Positions 20,732 through 30,484 of a stretch of 64,000 nt of DNA are shown piece by piece (positions within the stretch are counted from its first letter, which is position 1; each line of letters begins with the position of its first letter). Source of the stretch: an uncultured Nitrospirales bacterium (lineage in GTDB: Bacteria > Nitrospirota > Nitrospiria > Nitrospirales > UBA8639); assembly GCA_951812745.1 (NCBI GenBank), contig OX638327.1, forward strand, positions 1,165,914-1,229,913, read 5' to 3'. The notes beneath the pieces are model-generated. The model made no database searches. It was given only the letters and a program-made list of their open reading frames with translations, and was not told the DNA's origin. Both the position numbers and the translations under genes were made by a program.

Positions 20732-22447
20732 ATGATTCCCCTTCTCGCAGCTCTTCTGCTCATGACGCCGGCCTTCGCCCGGACGTGGGCGGAACCAAAG
20801 GACACCACCAATCTCGCCGAAAAGCCGCTTATCACGGCGCGGGAACACATGATCGTCGCTGCCAATCCCTTGGCGGCAAAGGCAGGGGACCGGATCATGG
20901 CCGGCGGCGGATCGGCGGCGGATGCTGTCATTGCCGCGCTCTTGGTCCTCAACGTGGTCGAACCGCAGTCCAGTGGCATCGGCGGCGGTGGCTTTGCGCT
21001 CGTCCATGGCCCGAACGGGCTCACCACGTGGGACGCGCGTGAGACCGCGCCTGCCGGCTCCACATCCGGCATGTTCATGGAGAACGGCGAACCCCTGCCC
21101 TTTCGCGCGGCCGTGGCATCGGGGCGTTCCATCGGTGTGCCGGGGCTTGTGCGCCTGATGGAGGCGCTCCATGCACGCCACGGCAAACTTCCCTGGGCTG
21201 ATCTCTTCCAACCCGCGATCCTTCTGGCGCGCGACGGGTTCGAGGTGAGCCCGCATCTGGCAAACGTGCTGGCCCGATACGCCGCGCGCTTGAACGGAAC
21301 GGACGCCGCGGCAGTCTTCCTGCCCGGTGGCGAGCCGGTAGCGGCGGGAGCGATCCTGAAGCAGCCACGACTCGCCGAGACGTTCGCCAACATTGCCACG
21401 CATGGCGGACACGCCTTCTACACCGGCCCCCTGGCTGAACGGATCGTCGTGGCGACACGCCGCAGCCCGCGCCCGGGCGCGCTCAGCCTGCACGATCTCG
21501 CCGCCTACCGGGTCATCGAACGTCCTGCGGTCTGTCATCGGTACCGGCGCTATCGCGTCTGCGGCATGGGGCCGCCTTCCTCGGGAGCGACCACGACCGG
21601 CCAGATCCTGATGCTCCTCGACCGGTTCAAGCTGGATGACCTCACGCTGGACGGACCGCGGCTCTGGCATCTCTTTGCCAGCGCCTCGCGGCTGGCCTAC
21701 GCTGATCGGGCTCGCTATCTCGCAGACGGCGATTTCGTAACAGTGCCCGTCGAGGGGTTGCTCGATCCCGCCTACATGGACTCCCGCGCGGAGTTGATCA
21801 ATCCGTTCGAAGCCGCCAAGGGCGAAGCCGCCGCCGGTGATCCACCAGGGCGCGCGGGAGATCTTTTCGCACCGGACGTGCGGGAGGATCTGCCGGGCAC
21901 GACCCACCTCTCGGTTATCGACAAGGACGGGCTTGCAATCAGTCTGACCGCATCGATCGAAACCGCCTTCGGATCAGGCCGCATGGCCGGAGGATTCCTG
22001 CTCAACAACCAGTTGACCGATTTCTCATTCCGCCCGACTGACGCCAAGGGCGTGCCCATCGCCAATGCGCCGGCGCCGGGGAAACGCCCACGTTCATCCA
22101 TGGCGCCGACCATCGTCTACCTGGACGGCAAGCCGATCGCATTGACCGGCTCACCGGGCGGCGGGCGCATTCCGGAATATGTCGCGCAGAGTCTCGTCGC
22201 CATGCTGGCCTTTGAGGCCAACCCGGCCACCGCTGCGGCGCTCCCACACGTCTCACAGCGCAATCGCGGAACAGTCGCGCTTGAGCCCGGCATGCCGGTC
22301 TGCATCGTAGAGGGCCTCGAGGCCCTGGGACATAAGATCGAGGAGGCGGAAATGACCTCCGGGCTACACATCATTCGCATCCTGCCGGACGGCACGCTCC
22401 TGGGCGGCGCCGATCCGAGGCGGGAGGGCGTGGCTGTCGGCCGCTGA
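20732..22447 (+). CDS. ggt: gamma-glutamyltransferase
   Basis: Signal peptide MIPLLAALLLMTPAFA. Ntn-hydrolase autoprocessing site ...PGTTHLSVIDKDG, then ...GSPGGGRI. Visibly GC-richer than its neighbours. Confidence 0.9.
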   Translation: MIPLLAALLLMTPAFARTWAEPKDTTNLAEKPLITAREHMIVAANPLAAKAGDRIMAGGGSAADAVIAALLVLNVVEPQSSGIGGGGFALVHGPNGLTTWDARETAPAGSTSGMFMENGEPLPFRAAVASGRSIGVPGLVRLMEALHARHGKLPWADLFQPAILLARDGFEVSPHLANVLARYAARLNGTDAAAVFLPGGEPVAAGAILKQPRLAETFANIATHGGHAFYTGPLAERIVVATRRSPRPGALSLHDLAAYRVIERPAVCHRYRRYRVCGMGPPSSGATTTGQILMLLDRFKLDDLTLDGPRLWHLFASASRLAYADRARYLADGDFVTVPVEGLLDPAYMDSRAELINPFEAAKGEAAAGDPPGRAGDLFAPDVREDLPGTTHLSVIDKDGLAISLTASIETAFGSGRMAGGFLLNNQLTDFSFRPTDAKGVPIANAPAPGKRPRSSMAPTIVYLDGKPIALTGSPGGGRIPEYVAQSLVAMLAFEANPATAAALPHVSQRNRGTVALEPGMPVCIVEGLEALGHKIEEAEMTSGLHIIRILPDGTLLGGADPRREGVAVGR

Positions 22448-22454
22448 GGTCACT

Positions 22455-22484
22455 GTCGGGTTACGCTACGCTAACCCGACCTAC
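22455..22484. repeat. REP family A
   Basis: gtcgggttacgctacgctaacccgacctac read directly. Confidence 0.9.
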
Positions 22485-22485
22485 T

Positions 22486-22575
22486 GTGGCTGAACGGATC
22501 GTCGCGGAGATCGCGGACGGTCTTGCAGGGCCTGAGCGCCCTGACGCGGGCCTTGGTGAGAGTGACCTTGGGCAT
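22486..22575 (-). pseudogene. tyrosine-integrase N-terminal stub (about 30 codons)
   Basis: The minus strand from ATG 22575 reads MPKVTLTKARVRALRPCKTVRDLRDDPFSH. This resembles the arm-binding N-terminus of P4-type integrases. The reading frame runs into the REP element and stops. Confidence 0.4.
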
Positions 22576-22854
22576 GGTTGTTCACCCGATTCGAGGTGCA
22601 GCCTGGTGCAAACCGTTGCGCAAGCTGTCCTCTGAAAAGTAAGGTGCAGAAACAAAAGATCCTCTATCAGTGGTTAAACATCGGAGGTGTGGCGCGGCTC
22701 CGACCTGACGTGTCGACAGACCGCAGGCGACCTCGTCATCCCCGGCGTGTGATGTATGCCCGGACCAGACAAAGCGCGAAAAGAGGGTGAACAGCCCCAT
22801 ACGGCGTTGCGAAGACCGGAACCCACAGCCATAGGGCAACCGGACGAACCGCCG

Positions 22855-23496
22855 ATGGAGGAACCGCTGCCGCAGATCGGAATTCTCTTCGCGAAAAACC
22901 GGGCGTGGGCGAAGCACCTGAAGGAGACCGATCCGGACTACTTTAAGCACCTCGCCAAACAGCAGAAACCGGAGCTCCTCTGGATCGGCTGCGCCGACAG
23001 CCGGGTGCCGGCCAACCAGATCATCGACCTGCCACCCGGCAAAGTGTTCGTGCACCGCAACATCGCCAATGTGGTCGTCCATTCCGATCTGAGCTGCCTC
23101 TCCGTCCTGCAGTATGCGGTGGAGGTGCTGGCGGTTCGGCATATCATCCTCTGCGGCCACTACGGGTGTGGTGGGGTCCGCGAATCCCTGGCCGAACCGG
23201 AGCACGGGCTGATCGACAACTGGCTCAACCACATCCGCAATGTTCAGCGGCTTCACCGTGCCGAGCTCGATGCCTTGGAAGACGAGGCGCGTGAACGACG
23301 ACTGTGCGAACTGAACGTGATCGAGCAGATGTGCAACGTAGCCAACACAACCATAGTGCGCGACGCCTGGGCAGCCGGCACGGGCCCGGACATTCACGGC
23401 TGGGTCTACGACATTGACGACGGACTGCTGCGGACGCTGTGCCTGTGGGTCCGCAACGACGACGCCCCCTTCATCGTGCACAAGGCGGGAGGGTAA
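22855..23496 (+). CDS. can: beta-class carbonic anhydrase
   Basis: LWIGCADSRVPANQI...VHRNIANVV...ILCGHYGCGGV (Cys/His/Cys zinc ligands). Trimmed to MEEPLPQ at 22855. Confidence 0.9.
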   Translation: MEEPLPQIGILFAKNRAWAKHLKETDPDYFKHLAKQQKPELLWIGCADSRVPANQIIDLPPGKVFVHRNIANVVVHSDLSCLSVLQYAVEVLAVRHIILCGHYGCGGVRESLAEPEHGLIDNWLNHIRNVQRLHRAELDALEDEARERRLCELNVIEQMCNVANTTIVRDAWAAGTGPDIHGWVYDIDDGLLRTLCLWVRNDDAPFIVHKAGG

Positions 23497-23514
23497 ACGG
23501 TCACGGGCGCCGCG

Positions 23515-24036
23515 CTACGGCACTTCTTCGATCTTCAGGAGATAGGTGATGATCTTGTCCAGGGCGCCGGCGGTGAGTTTTTGGCCGTACCACCGTGGCA
23601 TGACGTGGTCGGGATACCCCTGGACGATATAGGCGCTCGGATTCAGAATGGATTCCTGCACGTATTCCCAATCGGTGTTGGCCTTCCCGCGATAGTTGGG
23701 ATCGGCCAAGCGCCGGCGGGCGGTCGTGCCCAATTCCAACTTCGGGCCTTCCCGCCCCTTGGCGACGCGAATGCCCGGAATCGTGTGACAGGCCGTACAC
23801 CCGGACTGGACAAAAATTTTGTCGATGGGCTCTTTCCCCGTGGCCAGGGGCACCAGGGCCTTCTCCACCTTCTGCGTGGCCTTGGTCTCAGGTTTTTCAA
23901 TCTTCTCTGTTGTTTCTTCCTGGGGCTTGTTCTCCATCTCGACGCGGTTGAGCGTCCACAGGAACACTAAGCACATGAGCCCGACGATAATGATCGTCTC
24001 TTTATTCCACTGACCCGGTTTCTTATTCGCAGCCAC
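23515..24036 (-). CDS. membrane-anchored mono-haem cytochrome c
   Basis: TM helix TIIIVGLMCLVFLWTL and haem motif GCTACH. The start is uncertain; GTG 24036 follows GAGGGGGAAGG. Confidence 0.7.
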   Translation of the reverse strand: MAANKKPGQWNKETIIIVGLMCLVFLWTLNRVEMENKPQEETTEKIEKPETKATQKVEKALVPLATGKEPIDKIFVQSGCTACHTIPGIRVAKGREGPKLELGTTARRRLADPNYRGKANTDWEYVQESILNPSAYIVQGYPDHVMPRWYGQKLTAGALDKIITYLLKIEEVP

Positions 24037-24165
24037 GCGCCTTCCCCCTCGTCCGTAGTCGAAATGAAGCCCGTGTATTTCTAGCACAAGCAGGCAGTTC
24101 CCACCAACAGAGGGAGAATTGCGAGGCGTGTTTTTGGTAGGCTGACGACCAGGATAGATTTTCCG

Positions 24166-25152
24166 ATGTCACCGACCAACCATCTTTTGCCGTTTACACC
24201 TCATCCCTGGCTGACGAATCCGCATCTTCAAACCCTGGTGGCCAGGTCTCGACGCCGGCCTCATCTCCTTGCCGACGTGCCTGGTGCGGAACGCCTGTTC
24301 CGCGTCGATCCTCAATCGCAGATCAAGGGTGTGTGCAATTGGCAACCGGACCGTCAGGCCCCCGGTCTCGTCCTCGTTCATGGGTTGGAAGGATGCCATG
24401 ACTCGCCCTATATGCGAGGGATCGCCCACAAGGCCTGGCACGCCGGACTGAACGTCATCCGCTTGAATCAGCGAAATTGCGCGGGGACTGAGCACTTGAC
24501 TCCCACGCTGTACAACGCGGGGTTGAGCCGGGACATTCGGGCCGTGATCGACGAACTGGTCAGTCTGGACGGTCTCCAGGCTCTCTGGGTCGCCGGATAT
24601 TCGATGGGTGGGAACCTGGTGTTGAAAATGGCCGGGGAGGCCGGAGAGACCTGCTCCGGTCTGCGGGGCGTAGCGGCCGTCTGTCCAAACGTCCATCCCG
24701 CACCCTGTGTGACGGCTCTAGAACAACGGCAGAACTGGATCTATCATCAATACTTCGTGCGAAAGCTCAAGAGGAGACTCAAACGCAAAGCGAGATGTTT
24801 CCCGGGAAAATGGGACCTGTCCTTTTTGAAAGATGTCCGGACCGTGTCTCAATTCGATGACGCCTACACGGCGCCCGATGGGGGCTACCACAATGCGGCT
24901 GACTATTATGAACGATCGGGAGCCCGGCACGTGCTCGAATCCATTCGCGTCCCCACGTTGCTCATCACTTCCCGGGACGACCCTTTTATTCCTTTTGCCT
25001 CGTTCGACATTCCACGCATCCGTGCCAACCCCTGCATTCAACTCATCGCCACCGCTATGGGCGGGCACTGTGGCTTTCTCCAACGAGCATGGAAGGGTGA
25101 AGATGAACGTTGGGCCGAAAATCGAATCATCGAGTTTATTCAACGGGGGTAA
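24166..25152 (+). CDS. alpha/beta-fold hydrolase (YheT/COG0429-like)
   Basis: LVLVHGLEGCHDSPYM...VAGYSMGGNLVLK nucleophile elbow, ...GGHCGF. Confidence 0.75.
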   Translation: MSPTNHLLPFTPHPWLTNPHLQTLVARSRRRPHLLADVPGAERLFRVDPQSQIKGVCNWQPDRQAPGLVLVHGLEGCHDSPYMRGIAHKAWHAGLNVIRLNQRNCAGTEHLTPTLYNAGLSRDIRAVIDELVSLDGLQALWVAGYSMGGNLVLKMAGEAGETCSGLRGVAAVCPNVHPAPCVTALEQRQNWIYHQYFVRKLKRRLKRKARCFPGKWDLSFLKDVRTVSQFDDAYTAPDGGYHNAADYYERSGARHVLESIRVPTLLITSRDDPFIPFASFDIPRIRANPCIQLIATAMGGHCGFLQRAWKGEDERWAENRIIEFIQRG

Positions 25153-25173
25153 CAAACAAGGCCGCAGGTCGTG

Positions 25174-25252
25174 GTAGGTCGGGTTAGCCTAGCGTAACCC
25201 GACAACGCAACTCCCCCTCACCCCAGCCCTCTCCCGCGAGGGGAGAGGGAGT
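25174..25252. repeat. REP family A + family B
   Basis: gtaggtcgggttagcctagcgtaacccgac ... ccccctcaccccagccctctcccgcgaggggagagggag. Confidence 0.9.
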
Positions 25253-25299
25253 TGGGAGCAGGCGGTTCAGTTAACACGGGGAAGTTCAGCACGACCCCC

Positions 25300-26211
25300 T
25301 CAGGGGTTCAGGAAGCGTTCCAGGGCTTCACGATACTTCGCACTGGTTTGCGCGACGACCTCATCGGGCAAATGTGGTGGAGGCGGGGTGTGATCCCACC
25401 CGACGGAATCCAGATAATCCCGGACGAATTGCTTGTCAAAACTGGGTTGTGATTTTCCGGGCTCATACTGCTGTTTGGGCCAAAACCGTGACGAATCCGG
25501 CGTGAGTAATTCATCGATGACCAAGAGCTGCTTCGTGTCCCGGTTCAGCCCGAATTCAAATTTGGTATCCGCAATGATAAGGTCGCGCTCCTCGGCCAAG
25601 GCCGCCGCGCGCTGGTACAACGTGATGCTCACCGTTTTGACCTGTTCCGCCAACTCCTCGCCGATGAGGTCTTTCATGGTGTCATAAGAAATGTTTTCGT
25701 CGTGCCCTTCGGTCGCTTTTGTCGACGGGGTGAATAACGGCTCGGGAAATTTTTCGGACTCCTGCAATCCCGCGGGAAGCGGTTGCGAGCACACGGTGCC
25801 CTGCTTCCTGTATTCTTTCCATGCCGACCCGGACAGGTAACCGCGCACGATGCATTCCACGGGCAACGGGTCGGCTTTCTCGACGATCATGCTGCGGCCC
25901 GCCAGGAGGTCCACGTGAGGCCGGCACGACTCAGGAAATTCCTCGGGGTTCATGGTGCGCAGGTGATGCGGGACCAAGCCGCCCTCCTGCCACAGGCGAT
26001 CGAACCAGAACTTCGACAGTTGCGTAAGCACGTAGCCTTTGCCGGGGATCCCTTCCGGCAACACCACGTCAAAGGCCGAAATCCGGTCGCTCGCGATCAG
26101 CAGCAAGCTGTCACCGAGGTCGTACATGTCCCGCACCTTGCCCTGGCGTTTCACGCCAAGATCCGCAAAGCTCGTTTCAAACACCGCCGGGGATGTCCAC
26201 ACGTCACTCAT
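25300..26211 (-). CDS. purC: phosphoribosylaminoimidazole-succinocarboxamide synthase
   Basis: GKVRDMYDLGDSLLLIASDRISAFD...LIIADTKFEFG is the long-form SAICAR synthetase pattern. Confidence 0.95.
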   Translation of the reverse strand: MSDVWTSPAVFETSFADLGVKRQGKVRDMYDLGDSLLLIASDRISAFDVVLPEGIPGKGYVLTQLSKFWFDRLWQEGGLVPHHLRTMNPEEFPESCRPHVDLLAGRSMIVEKADPLPVECIVRGYLSGSAWKEYRKQGTVCSQPLPAGLQESEKFPEPLFTPSTKATEGHDENISYDTMKDLIGEELAEQVKTVSITLYQRAAALAEERDLIIADTKFEFGLNRDTKQLLVIDELLTPDSSRFWPKQQYEPGKSQPSFDKQFVRDYLDSVGWDHTPPPPHLPDEVVAQTSAKYREALERFLNP

Positions 26212-26396
26212 GATAGTGTTCTTTCTCTTTAAAGACTGTATGGTAAGGACCGAAACAAAGGTGGCAAATGCCGCACTCTAATCAGACCGATCGCGTGCGT
26301 CAACGTTGTTCTCTCGTCCCTGGCTCCCTGACGCGACAGCGCCGAAAGGGAGTCATGCACGGCTGAGGTGTATTCTACTTGATCCTTTTTCAAGGG

Positions 26397-26416
26397 ATTA
26401 GGTAGAATTAGGTAGA
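26397..26416 (+). repeat. tandem 10-bp direct repeat attaggtaga x2
   Basis: Read directly, 47 nt upstream of the ATG at 26463. Confidence 0.9.
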
Positions 26417-26462
26417 ACATGACAGAAGGCACGAGCGGCAACGGCCACCCTGAGCGAACATC

Positions 26463-27863
26463 ATGAATCAAAACCTTCCGGCTTCCAACCAAGGATTTCT
26501 CCGGCAACTGCATACACCTTCCAAAAAATATCTGGAAGAATGGTTCGACGTGCCGGCGCACATTCACCACGTCGCCCATCACATGGCCAACCCTCCGTTG
26601 AACCGTCCTCAGAGCCGGCAAGAATTTCAACAACTCCTGCAATGCCTGGACGTGCCCGAAGAACAGACCGTCATTCATGAAAAGTTCGGCCATGGCGCCA
26701 AAGTCGCCTCCAACGGGGACCGCTTGCTCGTCACGTGGGAAGCCCACACCGAATACTACAGTTACCAGTTGTGGCACATACCCGACGATAAATTAAAACC
26801 GCTTGAATTCGGGCCGCTTCGGTTTCCCGACTATACCATGCCCTTGTCACCATTGGGCGTTCAGGTCAATGCGTTGGATATCCTGGTGTTGCCGCACACG
26901 ATCCTGGGCATCGAAGAAGTCAAAAACACGATGCCCGGGCCCCAACTCTATGGAAGCCGGATCTTCGGGGAAGACATTTCCGTGATGACCACGTTTACCC
27001 CGGATGAGTATAAACGCGAACGCTACCTGATCCTCTCCCCGTCGCTCGACGTATTGCTCGCGCACGTGGCGCGCACTATCGACACCCTCGTGGCCATCGA
27101 AAACTATACGCACTTGATCCTGTTTCCGTTTCACGCCTTCACGCAAGCCGTGGACGAGGTCCACCAGTATGAACAACGTCATCTGTCTCAACGCGGCGTC
27201 ATTACCAAGGAAATCGAGACCGCCACGCCGCAAAAACTCCAGCACTGGCTCACCGTGATGACGCAGGATTTCATGAACGTGAGTCGTATGGCCGAATCCA
27301 TGCGGTACAAGCTATCCGCCTCCGTGCCGTATGATCGCATCATCCGAGCCAACCTGGCGCTGCTGCACGAACAAACTCTTACAGGCTGCCGGCGAATCTC
27401 CGAATACGTGGACGGGAAAACCATCGGGGTCGCCGCTGGGTACCAGCAGTTCATCAGGCGAATCAATGCACTGGTGAATGATTTTCAAGGCTCCATCGCG
27501 GTGATCCGCACAAAGGTCGAACTCCAACTACAAGACCAGAACCTGGCGCTGGAAAATCAGAACTTGAAACTTCTGCGCAGTATGGATAAGACGACCCGCC
27601 GCCAAGCTATTCTGCAGAATACGGTCGAAGGCCTCTCGGTGATCGTCATTTCGTATTATCTAAGCGGCCTCGGCAGCTACGTGTTCAAGGCCATGAAAAC
27701 ATTGGGCTGGATTGACGACCCCGATCTCCTCTCCGGCCTGTTCGTGCCCGTTTCCCTGGGGATCGCATTCGGTCTCATCCTGATCGGCCGAAGGTTCATC
27801 TACCAACGCCGCTTCGAGGATTCCGTGTCCGACTCGCCACCGTCCGACTCACCCAACCAGTAA
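26463..27863 (+). CDS. DUF3422/COG4949-like membrane-anchored protein
   Basis: WEAHTEYYSYQLWH resembles the (R)WE.HTEF.TY signature. It has a long coiled coil and two C-terminal TM helices. The family assignment is from memory only. Confidence 0.5.
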   Translation: MNQNLPASNQGFLRQLHTPSKKYLEEWFDVPAHIHHVAHHMANPPLNRPQSRQEFQQLLQCLDVPEEQTVIHEKFGHGAKVASNGDRLLVTWEAHTEYYSYQLWHIPDDKLKPLEFGPLRFPDYTMPLSPLGVQVNALDILVLPHTILGIEEVKNTMPGPQLYGSRIFGEDISVMTTFTPDEYKRERYLILSPSLDVLLAHVARTIDTLVAIENYTHLILFPFHAFTQAVDEVHQYEQRHLSQRGVITKEIETATPQKLQHWLTVMTQDFMNVSRMAESMRYKLSASVPYDRIIRANLALLHEQTLTGCRRISEYVDGKTIGVAAGYQQFIRRINALVNDFQGSIAVIRTKVELQLQDQNLALENQNLKLLRSMDKTTRRQAILQNTVEGLSVIVISYYLSGLGSYVFKAMKTLGWIDDPDLLSGLFVPVSLGIAFGLILIGRRFIYQRRFEDSVSDSPPSDSPNQ

Positions 27864-27962
27864 CGAGCAGGCCGTTCAAGAACGACGGCTGAGCGATGCG
27901 TTCCTTTCGCTCAGACTGACAAAGTGGACGCGTTGTGTCTCCTTTCCGGCATTTGGTTAGCT

Positions 27963-27992
27963 ATCGGGTTACGCTACGCTCACCCGACCTAC
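27963..27992. repeat. REP family A
   Basis: atcgggttacgctacgctcacccgacctac. Confidence 0.9.
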
Positions 27993-28070
27993 CATGAACG
28001 AACACGGCACATTGACAAGAAAGTCCGGCTTGCCTATTGTATGTGTAGAAGCTACACATGGAGGTTCCTT

Positions 28071-28283
28071 ATGGCGACCAATTTAGCCATTGATGATCGG
28101 TTGTTACAGAAAGCGGTTCAAGCAGGAAAGCTCCGCACGAAAAAGGAAACCGTGACCAAAGCGTTGGAAGAATTCATCCAACGACGGCAGCAACGCAAAA
28201 TCCTGCGCGTGTGCGGGACGTTTGAATTTCGCGAGGATTGGGATTACAAAGCTGATCGGCACGGCCGTGAATCTCGTCGTTGA
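28071..28283 (+). CDS. vapB: VapB-type antitoxin
   Basis: MATNLAIDDRLLQKAVQAGKLRTKKETVTKALEEFIQRRQQ. GGAGG lies 6 nt upstream of ATG 28071. Confidence 0.75.
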   Translation: MATNLAIDDRLLQKAVQAGKLRTKKETVTKALEEFIQRRQQRKILRVCGTFEFREDWDYKADRHGRESRR

Positions 28284-28689
28284 CACGTCGGTGTGGTCCC
28301 TAATCCTGCGGCGGCCGCAGGTGGAAGTCGACAATCCATTCGTCCAGGCCTTTCGCCGCCACCTGACGGCCGAAGACGGTCTCTTCCTGATCGGCAATAT
28401 TCTCCAAGAACTGCTGGATGGCCTTCGTTCCCGGAGCCAGTTCCAACGCCTCACGCGGAGTCTGGAGCCTTTCCCACTCCTCGTCCCCAACCGTGCGACC
28501 CATATCGAGGCAGCCCGTCTACGAACCGCGTGTCGGGGAAAAGGGGTCCAGGCTGGTCCCGTCGATTGTCTGATTGCCGTAATCTGCATTGAACAGGGCT
28601 TCCCCTTGTTGACTGCCGATCGAGATTTTCTCCGAATTTCACGCGATTCGGAGTTGATGGTATTACCACCCTTGAAAGAAGCCGATTAA
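28267..28689 (+). CDS. vapC: PIN-domain toxin VapC
   Basis: VNLVVDTSVWSLIL...GNILQELL...DCLIAVICIE...LLTADRDF. GTG 28267 overlaps the vapB 3' end. Confidence 0.8.
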   Translation: MNLVVDTSVWSLILRRPQVEVDNPFVQAFRRHLTAEDGLFLIGNILQELLDGLRSRSQFQRLTRSLEPFPLLVPNRATHIEAARLRTACRGKGVQAGPVDCLIAVICIEQGFPLLTADRDFLRISRDSELMVLPPLKEAD

Positions 28690-28806
28690 GGCAAGACCGG
28701 TCTGCGTAACCGGCACGCGCCTGCCCACTCCCTTCGGTGATCCAGTTCCCCTCTTTCCGCCCTATTTTCGTGTGCTTTCTCCGATAACCAACCGTTCATT
28801 CCGACA

Positions 28807-28861
28807 ATTTACGGCTCGTTGACCCCTCTGTAACGCCACCGTAACGAAAAGTTTTTAAACC
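28807..28861 (+). promoter_or_regulatory. Pho-box-like array + -10 (porin promoter)
   Basis: Hexamers ATTTAC/GTTGAC/TGTAAC/CGTAAC at 28807, 28818, 28829 and 28840 (11-bp phase), then 10 nt, then TAAACC. Confidence 0.55.
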
Positions 28862-28939
28862 TGCTCCAGCACAAATTTGCATCAAACGCAAGTCGATATT
28901 TCCATGCCATTGACCATTTACGAGAGGGGAGATTTCTTT

Positions 28940-30406
28940 ATGAGCGTTCAGCGAGGGATCCTTGGAATGATGGTACTGTTTGTCATGATGACCCTCATGC
29001 CGTCGCCGGCAACGGCAATCGAGGGGGACTTACTCCTGGAGATTTTGCTGGAAAAAGGCATCATCACAAAGGATGAGTTGACTCAGATCAAAGCCGAAGA
29101 AAAGAAGCGGGAGGCCGCAAGAGCCGCGACGCACTCCAGGAAGAAAACCCAGATCGAAGCCGGCTACGGACAGGAGACGCCGGCAGTCGCGAAAACGTCG
29201 GAACCATCCAAAAAGAAGGATTCCGGGGTCAAAGTCGGCTTCGGGAAAAAAGGATTTACCCTGGCCACCACGGATGGATTGTTCAAAACCAAAATCCAAT
29301 GGCGGTTTCAAGGCCGGTACACCTTTCCCGAACGGGGAGATCCACGCAATGCAGGCGCGTTCAGTGACAACGAAGAGAGTACGTTCGAGCTTCGGCGGGT
29401 GCGGATGAAAGTCGGAGGGCACGGGTACAAACCCTGGATCAAATATTACTTCGAAGTGGATTGGCAACCCATGCGTACCGATGATCGAGATCAAGCACGT
29501 GCCTCAACCCGTCTGATTGATTGGCGCATCATGCTGGAAAAATACAAGTGGCTCAAATTGCGGATCGGGCAATGGAAAATCAACTACAGCAGAGAGCGGG
29601 TCGACTCCTCCGGGAAACAGACCATGGTGGAACGGTCCATTATGAACCGGGTGTTTACCATCGACCGGCAAATGGGGATGATGTTGTACGGCCGCGTGAA
29701 TCCCGGCACGATCCTTGATGCGAACTATTACCTCGGGGTTTTTTCCGGCGCCGGTCGTGGTGTGAACAACGACGACGACAACATGATGTATATGGGGCGC
29801 ATCCAATGGAACGTCTTCGGCCGTGAACTCAAATGGCGGCAAAGCGACGTCAAGTTCCACAAGAAACCCACGGCCAGTATCTCATACGGCGCATATACGA
29901 ATAAGGGCAAATGTACGCGATGGTCGTCGGGCGGATGCGGAAGCCTCGGCTCTCTCAGCAGGGCCGGTGACAGTTTTTCGACTTCTGTCGCCGATGGCCG
30001 ATACCAGGTCAGCGGGATGCAGGTCGGGTCGGCCTTCAAGTACCGCGGGTTTGCCTGGCAGCATGAAACGCATTGGAAAAAAGTCAAGGATACTGAAGCA
30101 GCGGCTGGGTTGCAAAGAACGAATATGTTCGGGGGCTATTTCATGGCCGGCTATTTCCCGCACTATCTCATTTCGGCCGTTCCCAAGCCATTGGAAATCG
30201 CCTTCCGGTATTCACACGTCGATCCGAACGTGGATGCCGGCGGAGACCTCCGCCAGGAATTTACCACGGGCCTCAATTGGTTCTTTGCCGGGCACCGCAA
30301 CAAGCTGACGCTCGACGCCTCGCACCTGACACTTGAGCAACCAACTCCCAACTTGCCAGCGTGGACGGAACAACGCGTCCGTCTCCAGTGGGACGTGTCC
30401 TTCTGA
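28940..30406 (+). CDS. phosphate-selective porin O/P family outer-membrane protein
   Basis: Signal peptide MSVQRGILGMMVLFVMMTLMPSPATA, a coiled N-terminal segment, then a beta-barrel-like alternating pattern ending ...RVRLQWDVSF. Its context is the Pho regulon. Confidence 0.7.
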   Translation: MSVQRGILGMMVLFVMMTLMPSPATAIEGDLLLEILLEKGIITKDELTQIKAEEKKREAARAATHSRKKTQIEAGYGQETPAVAKTSEPSKKKDSGVKVGFGKKGFTLATTDGLFKTKIQWRFQGRYTFPERGDPRNAGAFSDNEESTFELRRVRMKVGGHGYKPWIKYYFEVDWQPMRTDDRDQARASTRLIDWRIMLEKYKWLKLRIGQWKINYSRERVDSSGKQTMVERSIMNRVFTIDRQMGMMLYGRVNPGTILDANYYLGVFSGAGRGVNNDDDNMMYMGRIQWNVFGRELKWRQSDVKFHKKPTASISYGAYTNKGKCTRWSSGGCGSLGSLSRAGDSFSTSVADGRYQVSGMQVGSAFKYRGFAWQHETHWKKVKDTEAAAGLQRTNMFGGYFMAGYFPHYLISAVPKPLEIAFRYSHVDPNVDAGGDLRQEFTTGLNWFFAGHRNKLTLDASHLTLEQPTPNLPAWTEQRVRLQWDVSF

Positions 30407-30447
30407 TCGACTTCTTATCCTGAGAGGAGCTGTGACTCCTCCTCCCG

Positions 30448-30484
30448 GGAAGCTTCCTGGACCGCGACGGTCCAGGAAGCTTCC
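30448..30484 (+). terminator. 17-bp perfect hairpin downstream of the porin gene (no U-tract)
   Basis: ggaagcttcctggaccg-cga-cggtccaggaagcttcc. Confidence 0.5.

Noticed and set aside
20336-21907. 523-aa minus-strand ORF (and the nested 20584-21399 ORF)
   Set aside because: It is antisense to the GC-rich ggt gene. The composition is R/A/G-rich and I recognise no motif.
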